Positions 50,154-63,500 of a stretch of 64,000 nucleotides of DNA are shown piece after piece; the first letter of the stretch is position 1; each line of letters opens with the position of its first letter. The stretch lies in contig CP075492.1 of the NCBI GenBank assembly GCA_021613535.1, forward strand, positions 4,712,001 to 4,776,000. The letters are read 5' to 3'. Origin of the DNA: Adineta vaga (taxonomy: Eukaryota > Animalia > Rotifera). A program made the translations under genes and the position numbers. Below the pieces are notes generated by a model, which did not search any database, was not told the DNA's origin, and worked only from the letters and a program-made list of their open reading frames with translations.

Positions 50154-50763
50154 ATGGGAAAAAATAAATGGTTCTATCCGATTGAATCAATGTTTTATGA
50201 AGCTTTAGAGTTTCATAAAATTGCGAACTGGAAGATTCAAATAATGCCGCCCGATGTGAAAACAAATTTGAATGCTTTGAAAAAAGACGAGGAAAAGGAA
50301 TGGCCGTTTCGAACACATAATGCAAAAGCTGTGTAAGTTTGGATTTAATTGTCGTCATGATTTTTTTGTTATCCTATGCAAATATAGATTTGTGTGTTAT
50401 TACTGCAAAAGAACTTGGAAATCTTCTTTCACCACAATTGTTTGGAGAGCTCAACGAAGTACAAGTATTGTTCAACTTCGAATTGAAAAACAAGGTTGTC
50501 AAAGATGTAATAGGAAGTGTCAAGGGTTTCTGTATGACGGCGAACAGGCTGCATTCACTTTATACTGGATGTGTACCTGGATATTAGATGTTTTTTATGG
50601 CATCCGTAGTGAACATACCAAAAAAGATGACGATGATAAAAGTGATGAAATTGATGAGTCAGCAGCACCACACGACTATCAACGTTGCGAAGCTGGAAAG
50701 AAAAATACATGTAGAAAATGCAATCTACACAAACAACGACGTCACAGTCTACATCGTAATTGA
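50154..50763 (+). CDS. 3CxxC zinc-finger protein (RTP/ZAR1-like), 2 exons
   Basis: Intron 50333-50387. AVFVCYYCKRTWKS...LRIEKQGCQRC...PHDYQRCEA...C matches the zf-3CxxC pattern. Confidence 0.78.
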
Positions 50764-50967
50764 ATTATTCATTGCTTCTACTACAAACTCTAAATCGATA
50801 CCTGTGTCCCAGTTCTATACCGTAAGTTTCGAAAATAAAATAAATTGAATAAAGCAATTGTATTAGTAAAATATTGTGAAACAGGTTTAAGATATTATTA
50901 GAAGTAGACTCGTCATTGGAAAACGAAAAAACATAAAAATCAAGAGATTTTTCGTCAAAAAGTTATT

Positions 50968-53900
50968 CTATTCCCAATATACTTGATATTCATATTGACC
51001 TGAACCAATACGAGCGAACATTAGACCCGTGTCAGACTCCATTTCAATATTTCTTTGTTGTACAGTTGAATCTGATTTTGTTGACCAAACTAATTCGTTT
51101 CCTTCGATTATTCGAACACATTTCGCACCAGGAAAGAGAGGTTCAAATATCACTCGAGCTTGAGTATTGACTGGAATGCGTACACGAATTCGAATTGAAT
51201 TTGCTACTATATCACGATCATCACGCGTATATGCTACATGAACCAAGCCATATAAAGTATTCAACTGGCAATCAATTTTGGGTAACAGATACTTTTGATC
51301 TTCGGATGCCATACGTGGATGAATGATGATTGAATTGGTATCAAAATCAATTCCTGCTAAATGAGAATAGAACCAAGCACCTACACTTCCAAACATGATA
51401 TGATCTCGTGAGTTCATTCCTGGCCCTTCGAATGGTGTATTCCAAAGTTCCCAAAGAGTTGTCGCATTTTCATATGGATTGTTAAACATATAACCAAAGG
51501 AAGGATAGGTAATCGATGTAATTAATTGAAGTGCAAGATTATGATGTCCATTATCTGATAGTAATGGATACAAAAAAGCGGTACCGATAATTCCTGTCGA
51601 AACATGAATATTTTTTTGAGAAATATCCGACACGAGATGTTCTATGACGAGACTACGAACATTAGCTGGTACAACATTAGGTAGAGCTAGTGCAAGAATT
51701 TGTGCAGTTTGTGAACCATCACCGTAGGAATTCGTAGTACGATTGAAAAAAACTTGATGAAATTCTTCTGCTAATCGTTGATATAATGCAGAATAAACAG
51801 ATGTATCATTGGTGTAACGAATAACTTGAGACATATTGATTAATAATGATACATCATGTAGAAAAGCAAATGATGAAGCAAGAGATCCATTTACTCGTGG
51901 TTGCGGTGGTGGTGGTACCCAATCACTATATGAATAGAAAAGATTAGCTAATCCAGTTGATTTATATGCCGTATGAACACTTTCTACATAAGTACGAATA
52001 TTTAAATAGAAATCAGAAAGAACTTGTGGATCATTATAATGACGATAGAGTTGCCAAGCAATTGTTGGAAACGCACTACCCCAATTTGGATCCGCTGGAT
52101 AATCACCATCACCAAATGGTACCGTGTCAGGTACAGAACCATCAGGACCTTGACTATCAACGATAGAGTACAGAAAATTGATATAGAATTTGATCAAATC
52201 AAAATTATATAAAGCTTCATTAACAGTCAAGGCTGCATCACCTAACCATCCTTTGCGTTCTTGACGTTGTGGGCTAAACAGAAAAACACAGTCAAAGCGT
52301 TAAGAGAACAAACAATCCTCGAACAATACCAATCAGTTGGTATTGACATCAGATTATTCAATTGACTCCATTGAATATTATGTTGAATTTGATTGATAAT
52401 TGGATTACTGGTAGTAAAATGTCCTTTCATTGTTGTTTCACTATGAACAACTGGACATTCAACGTCGTTAAGAGTCATTTGATTCTGTACATTAAGAATC
52501 GAAACATAACGAAAACCATGATAGGTGAAACTAAAAGAAGAGAAAGAAAAGAAAAGAAGATAAATAATAAATGATTAAATTACGTTGGTTCATAGATTTC
52601 ACCAGTTGGATCTCCACGTAATACATAGGTATCTGATTGTGTAGCACCAAGAAGATTATCCGTATAGATTTCACCATATGATTGACTATATAAAAAATAT
52701 AACAACAAGTGATAATCACATACTTTGACCCTATACTTACTTCGTTGTTACAATTGGTAAACTCAAAATTTCTCCATGGCGAATATAAATACCGACACCC
52801 CGTGAACCACGAAATTTGATACGACACCAACCAGCCATATTTTGACCCATATCAAACACTTGTACTCCTAACAGATAATCAATCTATACAAATACATTTT
52901 TTCTACTAAATGTTAGAAACCTATAGTTGGTGACCATGTAGCAATGGGTTTCAACACTCCACCATCACTTAACTTAGCACCATGACTTCGTTCAACTTCT
53001 TTCGATGATAAGTATCCACCTACAGGTTCAGTGGTCACTTCAAAATGTAATGCATCCGCACCTGCACGAATTGGAGGCATATCTTGCATTACAAATCGGC
53101 CATGCAATGTCTCATTGAGTGGAGATGACATCTCCTCTGCCGGTAACCATAACGAAAGTGTATCATTAAATCCAACTTGCGTCCAATTAAAACGATCATA
53201 ACGACTATCAATAAATTCTCCATTATAAATACTATCATGTAGAATGGCATTTTGACGACCTATCCAAGTTGTATCGCTTCCTAATTCAAACTCATCTCCA
53301 TTTTGAAAGAAAATTTTTAAATAAAAAATAAAACGAGGTGGACCTAAATAGAATGCACTAGATATCACATACATCGAATCGTTTTTGGATTATTACCATA
53401 GCTCGGTTCAAGTGGTACTGGAAAAGTATTTTGTTCTTGACCATACCAACCATTTCCCAGTCGAACACCAACTGCATTCATTCCAGACTATATAATTAAT
53501 AAACAACAAAAATCAAATCATACAATAACAAACTATTTGGTCTAACTTTAATAATCATCGATAGATCAAATGAAACTAGTAATGTACGTTTTTCATATAC
53601 AGTCCAGCCAGGATCTAATTTACGACTGAAATCAGTTTTATTTCCATTGACAAATAATTCATAATAACCCAAACCACATATAAAAACGATTGCTGATTGA
53701 ATAGGACTACTATTAGACACATGAAATTCTTTACGAAATTCATTTCTAGGAATTTGTTTTGAACCAATCCACATTAAATTAGTCGTTTTGTTGGTAATCT
53801 TAGCATGAATATCGAACATAAACGTTCGAAAAGATATCCATTCTGTCCAAACACTTGATTCATTTGATTGCGTAGACCATATTCGTAAACGAAATTGATA

Positions 53901-54212
53901 AAAAGTAGTCGATTGTAATTCGTTGTCATCTGTATAAGAGACATGAATGGATTGTTTTGACATTATTTGTCCACTATCCCATTGATTTATATGAGATTTA
54001 ATTTGAAGTTGATACGCTGTTTGATAGATATTTCGTTCTCCATTCGATAATGATATCTTCCATGAAAATCGAGGACGTGTAGTATTAATTACTAAATCTT
54101 TTGTTGTATCAACTTTATAATGATCTACTCGAATATCATAGGGAGTAGTAGGTAATTGAGAAATAGTGCTTGTTATAATACAGGTGATAACAAACACATA
54201 GATACAGAACAT
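50968..54212 (-). CDS. Secreted alpha-L-rhamnosidase (GH78), 7 exons
   Basis: Signal peptide, PRFSWK..QTAYQ..WDSG, GLGYYEL.VNG, DSIYNGE..DSR, VFDMGQNMAG, SIPTDCPQRQERKGWLGDA, ATTLWELW and NSRDHIMFGSVGAWFY. Six GT-AG introns. Confidence 0.93.
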
Positions 54213-55367
54213 GTTGGATCGAAAAACACAGTTGGATATGGAGTCGTCCACATTTTTCTACTTGAATATATATATACACGTATGAGATCTTATCATCTTC
54301 TATTTCATTTAATGTAACAGATAAAAGGAATTTTATGTAGATGCCTTTATTAATACAACTTAGAAAAGTTTTATAGTAAATTATTTTGAAGAATTCCATT
54401 GCGTTAGAATACCAAGAGTAGATTATTCATTTTTTGATTCTGTCTATAACACGATAAGTAAAATATTGATAGAGATTTGAATTTTTTTACTGTTGACAGG
54501 TAAACGACATTATGGCTGAATCAAAATATTTCTGTGAAAATATTTTATTTGTCATTTGATATGATCTCATGTGGTTGTATTATAAACTGATTTCAATTCT
54601 TAGAATATATATGTATACAGCATTTTATTAGTCACTATAACGAACATTTTCTGTGAATGCAAATAACAGTTAAATCATATCGAATAAGAACTTTATGTTT
54701 GAGTAAGACATCCAAAATGTTCTGTCGATTTACCTGTCGTTTAACAGTTGAGAAGTGGTAGACTTTTTTTGCATCAGACACGTGCGTTTTATTTTATCAA
54801 TATGTAGTGAATCCTTGTAAGAATTTTTCTTAGCAGATGCGTAGATGTCGACTTCCTAACTAAGATTTACTTGTAGACCAATCGGGAATTTCCTATTGGT
54901 CGCCAATCAATACATAAATTTAATTTTTTTTACTTTTCTATTTTACTTCCGATAAATAAGTTACGTCTTTTCTTCCACTACCTCATTGAATCTATAGAAT
55001 TTTCTGGTTGTTAAGACAATGTCTTTGGACACGAAAAAACTAAGCATTTTAGTACATAATAAAATTTAAAAAAAACCATTGTAGTTGTTTTTTTCCAACC
55101 TACCATTCTGTTTTGAAAAAAAACATCATTAAACAACGGTTTGTTATTATATTGCCATCACTGTTTACGGTAACGTGTCCTGATTTTTAACAAAAATGTC
55201 TAACTGAAACAGACGCATTGTAAGTTTTACCAATATGGAAAAGGGCAGGAATCTAAAACAAAACAGTTTTGTATTTTATCTCACGTGTTTATGTAATTTT
55301 TTCGTTACGTAGGTTTTAATGAGAATTTATTTGTTATTTTAGATACAATATCAATTTGAGAAATTAA

Positions 55368-56723
55368 ATGGAGACTCTTGGTAGATACGATTATATAAAT
55401 GAGGAAGAAATAGATGAGCTGTTAAAATGTATCATTTGTATGAAACCTCACATGGATCCTGTGTGGACCAATTGCACAGATGAAAACCATATATTTTGTC
55501 GTCTCTGTATTGAAAAATATATTGAAAAACAAAAGGCCTGCCCTAAATGTCAGCAACACTTATCAAAGGAAGACTTAACACCCAATAGTGATCGATCTCT
55601 CACCATGCTGCTAAACAAATTACGGGTCAAATGTTCACATTGTAATAAAGAAGGACTGAAACGAATTGATTTTGATAATCATTGTCGTAATATGTGTTTA
55701 GAAGCTATTGTTGCTTGTCTAGCAGCAGACATGAATTGTTCATGGAACGGACCACGTCGTAAACTTGAGAAGCATTTGAAAAAATGTCGTGTTTACCATT
55801 TAAAAGATGTGATAACTGAGTTACGCCACGAAAATAAACATTTAAAAGATCAAGTAAATCAACAGTCTAATGAAATAGATCAAATCAAAGATAAATTACG
55901 TGAAGGTCAGGATCAATTACAAGGACTTATGGATAGTTTTAAACAAGTGAAAGAGCAAGCACATCAGCAATCTATTGAAATGAAACAGTTCACAGATACA
56001 TTAAGTGAACAAAAGACTCAGTTTCAAGAGTGTATGAATATTTTGAAAACTCAAACACAAGTTATAGAATTACTTAGCGAACGTAAAGAAAATAGTCAAT
56101 CTGGACTTGCAGTGAATGCTCATGAGCAAATGATCCTTGGCAGAAATCTCTCGAATATTGAAGTTCGAAATCCTTTCCTCTTCCATTCACAATTCCAACA
56201 CAAAGCAGACGATACGAAGGTGGAATATGAATTGCAACAACCGAATAGTAAGACTATATAAATATCATCTACTGTTAATTTATAATCAGCATTCAACAGA
56301 GAGTATTCACGAAAATGTACGATGAAACTTTATTCTGTGTTTATCGTGCTATCACAAGCTATAAACTCATGTTCTCAAACTCGTTTGAAGAGTGAAATTA
56401 TGAGCACCATTAATTTAGTTCTGTTTTGAATAGATCGTTTAGTTGATATATGAACGGTATGGCAAAGAAATTGTAGAAGAAATATCATTAGAGATAGATT
56501 GCCAAAAGTTCGAATGCATTTTTCAATAATATAAATTACTTTTTTATTTTATTTAGACGAAACTAATATATATGCAAACAAAGATGAACAGCAGTTGAGT
56601 GTTCATGGTCAAAAGCAATTTTTCAATGGCATCTCCACTGTATATGATGCATTCAATTCTTCTGGCGAAACGTATCCTTCTGTTCCCATTATTGAACTAC
56701 CAACTAGAACCTTCTACTCATGA
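55368..56723 (+). CDS. RING + TRAF-type zinc finger + coiled-coil protein (no MATH domain seen)
   Basis: LKCIICMKP..DPV..C...H.FCRLCI...CPKC, LRVKCSHC...HC...C and CSWNGPR..LEKHLKKC, then heptad repeats. A probable second exon 56557-56723 follows the phase-1 intron 56248-56556. Confidence 0.8.
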
Positions 56724-57581
56724 TAACAGTCGTTCCAATCCTTCTTCCAACACTAATACTACGCGTCCTGTAGTTCCTGACAATTTTCCACACGCTAATA
56801 ATCGTCTGGCACCTCCATATTCTACTCCTCTTCCTTCTTCTAACTTTACGCTTGGCCCTATTATCATTGTTGGCAATGCTAATCTTAATATTGGTGAAAA
56901 TGCAAATGTTGGTGGTAATGTCGGTTGTCATGCTAATATTGGACATAGATATGCTGATACAAATACCGATCGACAGAGCAATAGAAATACTCACAAGAAT
57001 ACTGTTCTCAATACAATGCCAAACGTCAGCACTGGTTGTGGAGAAAATCATGCTGAACTTGATAATGTATCTGATGTTGGTTCAAATGAAAATACTGGTT
57101 CTGTTCGTTCTGCCAATGATCAATTTGATAGATCGTCGATACACGGCCATATTTTAGATAATTAAACGTAAAATAATAAACTCATAACAAAGCATAGTAG
57201 TGCTTGAAAAGATATTTATGCTGTTTAATTTTATAATTGACTATAAATTATATGTAATTCATCTTTAAAAAACTTGTTTCACTAACTATAATCTGTTTAG
57301 ATTTTTTCTTGTTGAATCATCTCTCAATAGAGAACTTCATACAATACTTCTGAACAACAAATAGAAAATGCTATGTAATAATTTGTACATCATTTTCGAA
57401 AATAATAACTATTTATATCTTCGTCTGACTTTATAATTTCCATATAAGGACATATATCACATGCAAAACGAATACTTCGATATGACTCATACTAACGTCG
57501 ATGACTATATATGGTAATATTCTATTTATATATAAAGAATATAGAAAAAAATAAGACATATTTTATTCAAAAAGAAAAGCA

Positions 57582-58316
57582 ATGGACGAAGACGAACAAA
57601 TGATCGATCCATTTACGACAGCTGATGATATATCTGATGTCACTCTAATTGTCGAAGAGAAACAAATCTTTGCTCATAAATCTATTCTTGGTAAAAGAAA
57701 AAAAATTTCTTGCAAATTTGCTTTTTAATATAGAAAATTTTTTTTTTCGTTTTCAGCCAAAGTTTCACCTGTCTTTGCTCGAATGATGTTTTCAACGGGC
57801 TTTCGTGAATCAAAAACAAATGAAATAACTCTTCCGGGTAAACAATATCTTCATATTATAGAATTATTAAAATGTGTCTATCCAAATATCTTAAAACCAA
57901 TTGATAATATCAATGCGATGTATCTTCTACCATTATCGGATGAATATTCGATACTAATATTACGAAAAAATATCGAGCGTTTTTTAATTTCATCGACTAA
58001 TGTCGCATCCTATAAATATGGAGATAATCTAACACGTTTATTTGATTTATTAGCATTAGCTCAATTGTATCGTTTGAATAAACTTGAAGAACATATTTGT
58101 GAACAATTAACAGATCATTTCAATGTTGAACAATGGAATAAACCTGAACTTCCAATTGAATTACGTTGTCGTTTATTGGAATTATTTGTAAAAAAACAAC
58201 AGATGAAGTTAAAAGATAAGCAAAATAAATTAAAACAATCGGAAGATACATGTTTAAAACAAAAATTTGAAATTCAACGGCTAAAAAGTGAATTAGAAAC
58301 AAATACACAATCATAA
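57582..58316 (+). CDS. BTB/POZ-domain protein with C-terminal coiled coil, 2 exons
   Basis: SDVTLIVEEKQIFAHKSILAKVSPVFARMMFSTGFRES..NEITLP across intron ~57690-57756. Confidence 0.9.
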
Positions 58317-59350
58317 CATCATTCGTTTTTTTTTCTATGGATATTATTTTGTACCGTATTGATTTAATCTTTCAATAGAGTGATCTAGAATTGAAATTGT
58401 ACGACTATTTTATTAGTTTAACTTGACTTCAGTAAGTACATGATTGAATCATCGTTCGAGATGAATGAAGCTTCTAATATAACTATTTGGATATTCATAC
58501 GAGAACTGGTGGATGAAACAGAAATATTGATGATCTCAATGTTCTTTGAGAAGAAGATAGTGAACAATAGAAATTCGCAAAGTGTAAATCTAATACGAGA
58601 GTTTTCGGTCTCAAATGGTGCGTCCCGTCTATAGTTCGTTTCCTTTCGCCTTTCAATTCTGTTATGAATTTCATAGAAACCGATCAGAATGCTCGAAAAC
58701 TAACAAATTTTCTTGTAGTTTACGTACGAGTTTCAATGACGAAATCATAGACATATATATCTCACATTATTGATGAGGTACATGAGTTGTATCTGTTTGT
58801 AAGTGTTATTTCAAGTATATGAATGGTTTTTAGCATTGCCAATGACGTTTGAAAGCATAGATGAATCATGTTTCTTGTTGGTATTTTCTTTGTTCTTTCC
58901 ATCTTATTCTCCTCTCAAACTAACAGCACATATGTCAGAACTTCCAAATAATAATCGAAGTAATTTCATTTAGAATTTGTTGTTCGTATCTACTACGCAA
59001 TGACTAATATCGCTTAAATTAATTTCGACAATTTTAGAAAGGCTTATCCCGCTGATTGCAACATGGTTGATAAGTTTACGGTGCCAGGTGGAGATCAATT
59101 AAGATTTCATTAGTTCGAAAAAGGTATTGGCATTATTTGAGGGCTGCTATGATTTGAACATATTTCGAAATCTTGAAAGCAAAGAAAAAACACGTGGTTA
59201 TCATTGATAAAACTCTTTCTTTTTCTTTTGTTTGCTCACTATTCTTGTATTTGAATGTGTCGTTTTTACATGCAGAATAGAATATATAGAATTCTGTTGC
59301 ATCGAGTGATGCAATCACGTTGAGATTTATTAGTAGGAAAAGTTTGTAAA

Positions 59351-60364
59351 ATGTCATTCATTTTGGAGATGAATGAGAAACTTAAATCATGTATAGAAAT
59401 CTTTCCTGATGAACTCTGGTTCGAAGTATTCACTTACACACCATTTTTTGATCGGTATAGTTGTTGGTGGAATTTGAATACTCATATTAATGCTATTCTA
59501 CGATCTATGCCAATTTATATTCATATTAAATCCAATAATAATGGCAGTAATACTGATTTTACAAACGTATTGAAAACGTTTTCTTTACAAATAACAAGTG
59601 TTAAAGACGAACTTTGGCGTATTAATTCAAATACGAAACCTACGCCAGTCGACCTCGTTTCACTTGTCAATCTTCGTTCACTTTACTTGGCCCAATACAA
59701 TCCTGATCAATTGCAAAAGATTCAAAATCTACACTTTCTCACTCGTCTTTCTCTTCCTTGTAATGATTTTACAAAAAAATTTCTTCTAGAATCTGTTTTG
59801 AGTGAAGAAGGAACAAAGAACTTTCCAAATCTTCGTTCAATTGGTCGTATTTTATGTGGTTACAATGAGTGTAATAACTCTTATTTGCCTGTGGTCGTAA
59901 ATTCAATAATTCAACATATAGACCTTGTTGTTACAACATGCAGTTCGACGATCGATTTTATTTCAAAACTACCGGCATTAAATACAATCAATGTGAGTTA
60001 TATAGCTAATGGGAGCGGTTTTTCTTCTTCTTGTTACATTTTGGCGAAATTTTACCGTTTCAATACTGATCATTTAGTTGGCAGTCCATCGAAGATGAGT
60101 TCAAATTTCACACTGATGAGCTTCGCTCCGTATATATCTTGTCTTCGCCTTGATTTTTATGGTCATTGTGGTTTTGATGAACTCGCGCGTCTACTTCAAC
60201 GATGTTCTACTCTCCAACGATTTCGAATTAAAATCAAATACTATTCCGAAATTTTTGATATCTCTGCTATTCGTCAACTGAGTCCTTTCTTTGTTCATCT
60301 TAGTTTCGGAAAAATTGACGAAGTAACAAAAAAACCAATTATTATTGGTCAGTGGTCATCATAA
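59351..60364 (+). CDS. F-box/LRR-like protein
   Basis: IEIFPDELWFEVFTY...WWNLNTHINAIL followed by LRR-like NLRSLYL, PNLRSI and PALNTINV. Confidence 0.78.
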   Translation: MSFILEMNEKLKSCIEIFPDELWFEVFTYTPFFDRYSCWWNLNTHINAILRSMPIYIHIKSNNNGSNTDFTNVLKTFSLQITSVKDELWRINSNTKPTPVDLVSLVNLRSLYLAQYNPDQLQKIQNLHFLTRLSLPCNDFTKKFLLESVLSEEGTKNFPNLRSIGRILCGYNECNNSYLPVVVNSIIQHIDLVVTTCSSTIDFISKLPALNTINVSYIANGSGFSSSCYILAKFYRFNTDHLVGSPSKMSSNFTLMSFAPYISCLRLDFYGHCGFDELARLLQRCSTLQRFRIKIKYYSEIFDISAIRQLSPFFVHLSFGKIDEVTKKPIIIGQWSS

Positions 60365-60514
60365 AGTCATCGCCAGATTTATATATATATTCAAGATCAA
60401 ATTCTAGTACTTAAATTATTTTTATTGTTATCTTGAAAGAATTACAGAAAAAGGTTCACGATTAAATAAATGTTTGAATTGTCATTAATAAAAAAATAAT
60501 TCAATATATAATAA

Positions 60515-63500
60515 TTAAACTGTGTAGACAATTTTCAAATAGGGTAAAGCTTGACCATAACGATAGATGATATATTCTGTTTGTGTAGTGTGTTTTCCAA
60601 TAACAGAATGAGAACCTTTTGGAGCAGAAACTAATGTATTATTAGTAGTAGTTAATATCGATGGTACACCTAATATAACTTTGTTGTAAAACATAACATG
60701 TGTATTATTACTTGAATCAACACTAGTATAACCATGTGATTTTTGAGGATCATCAGCAAAATATGCACCATGACCTAAACATAGATTGTAGAAAAATGAT
60801 CTTTGTTTCGACAAATCGAAAAGCGAGTATTTACCGTATAAACCACTCGTATTAAAAAATCGATCGTCATAACCATCTTCAGTAATTCCTTCGATACCAG
60901 TTGATTTTGTTCCATGAAATAGTTCTTGTTCATTTGGATTTGCTGCTGGACATTGTTTTTTAATTAACTTTTTCATTCCTTCATATGTTTCTTCCAATGA
61001 TGGATTGCGTATTTCTTCAATTGACACAATTTTTGCACCCGGAATTCTTGCCATTTTAGTACAAATTTCCGTATATAAAACAGCTGATCTAGGTAATGGT
61101 ACAAGAATTGCATGATATTTAAAATGTGGTTGTGGAATAACAGATAAAGCTGAATCCATCAGTGTCCATTTTCGTACGTTGACCATTTTGTCAATTCGAA
61201 TTCTGAGATTGTTATCGACAGGTCGAAGAATTTGAAAACGTTTATGTTTGATATTATCCACAATGGTTTCTAATTCGATTGAATAAGGTTTTTGTGCAAT
61301 ATCAATACGCATGCCAAGTTCATGAGTATAATCTTTTTCTAATGATAAATTATTTACATCAAAATCAATACGATCCTGTGTTAATGCTACATGAGGTTCA
61401 ATTAAATCCATTGTAAATGGACCAGTAGGTGCATCTTCATCAAGTAATAGGACATATCTCCAATTATCATAACAGACCTTACATGAAATATCATATTTAT
61501 ATAATTCATCTTGAAATTTATCAATATCGAAATAAGCATGTGATGGTAGATGACAATCTAAATCGCATGGAACAACCTCCTTATCTAAAGCTGGAAGTGT
61601 ATTTGCATATTGAATCCATCCTTTCGGACTGGCATGCGCTGCTGTTGGCCGACCAACATCACGATTAATAACCCAATCTCGAACAAAGCCACCTTCTAAT
61701 GTGCAATCAAATTTGCAAACGGCAATCCATCCCACTACTTCCATTCTCGTTTCTCGTGTTGCTTTCACACCTTTGGTACCGTTATACAAGTCGATTGTTG
61801 TTCGTTTACTATCGGTTATACGACCAATTCGATCTTCAATATCTTGACAATTTTTACGCATTTGTGGACGAAGAACTCGTGGAGAAAGACCTAATACACA
61901 CGAATAAAAGTACGCATAGTATATAATAATGACTATTATTTACCTGCATTTGGATGTCGAATAACAGCACACACTTGCAACCAACCTATAAAAGCAGAAA
62001 ATTCTTGTCGTACTTTCTTATTTTCTGAATCTCTTCCTTTGACAGTAATTTCACATGTTTTCGTTGCTGTATTACTATTAATAGTAATTTCAACTTGTTT
62101 CTGTGCTTGCCAACGCCATTTCATTGGATTAAAAATTCGTACCATTTTCATCACACTTTCAAGATTACGTTCAAAATTTTGATGCGCAGCAGCGGTTGCT
62201 AAATCTCTCAAATTAAATTTCAATTCAGAAATCATCTGTTGTCGAAGATGTAATTCGGCATTAAGAACAGTACCCGATGGGCCTTTCAGTAATAGTGTTC
62301 CACTACCCATTTGCATATTAATTCTACTGGAGAATTTTGATAATGCTGTTGTATATCGACTATCAGAATTTAAATACGTTTCTTCTTCATTACTCAATTG
62401 AACTCGACGTTCAAGTTGATGTTCAAGCCATTCAGGTTTAATTTCACCAACAAAAGAAAGAATTGCTGTTGCACGAACAGCAGTTGAATGACGAATATCT
62501 CGTGCTAGAATAAGTGAGACAGGTGCTGAATTCATTGGTCGCGTTAATGTCGATTGTAGATCGAGAATAGCTGCATCACCTTCACCATTATATCGTTCAA
62601 AATGCAAATGTTTATCATGTAATTCTCTTTTCGAAACAAAAACATTATCATAATAACCATCTAATAATGATTTGGCAACTAATTCCCAATCACCAGATAT
62701 AACTTGTGCAGCTTCACGAAAATCATCGGATAGATTAAATAATTTTTCTAATGTTGTATATCGTCGAAATGCTTGTCGAATAATATGTTGTATATCACGA
62801 AGACCTTTCGCCGTACAAACACGATCAAAATCAAATTGTTTCGGTGGTACGGATTGTTTAACAAGAAGAACTTCATTCATTACATTTAATAATGTCATAA
62901 AATCACCATCAGGACTTTTTAAATTTTGTGGAATACTTTTAAATATGACTGTTGTATTCAATACACCCAACATACTTGAAAGATAGATAAGATCACGTCC
63001 ACAATTGTAATGCATAAGTGCAGCTAATACCGCTTTTGACATAGCAAGCGAACCAAAATCTGGTAATTTCGAAAGGAGCTTACCATCCTTAGTTAATTGA
63101 TCGCTAGATGCACTACTTAAGATACCTAACGAACAAAAAACAGCAAACTAACAAAGTTGTCAATAGATAAGTTGTCTACTTACCTAATCCTTGCAATTGT
63201 CTGAGAGTTGCATTGATTGCTGGTTGCGAAGGTCTATCTGGTAAGAATTGTTTTACATATTCGAGTCCTTTTTTCAATGGTGATTTTCTTAATGAAAATT
63301 CTAAATTCATTAAATCTGATTGACATATTTGTGGTATTGGATATTTCAAAGCTTCAGGTTTAAAACTATATAAAGCATAATATTCTCCTGTTTGAGTTCG
63401 ACCTAAACGTCCACGTCTTTGTTTAATCGTCGATTCTGCTGCACGTAATTCTTTTAATACAGTTCGTTTTGATTCCACATCATACACAGGCGTATTAATC

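Noticed and set aside
60775-60834. Apparent 20-aa insertion in the PARP D-loop (KYSLFDLSKQRSFFYNLCLG)
   Set aside because: It is an in-frame 60-nt GT-AG intron; removing it restores GLYGHGAYFA.
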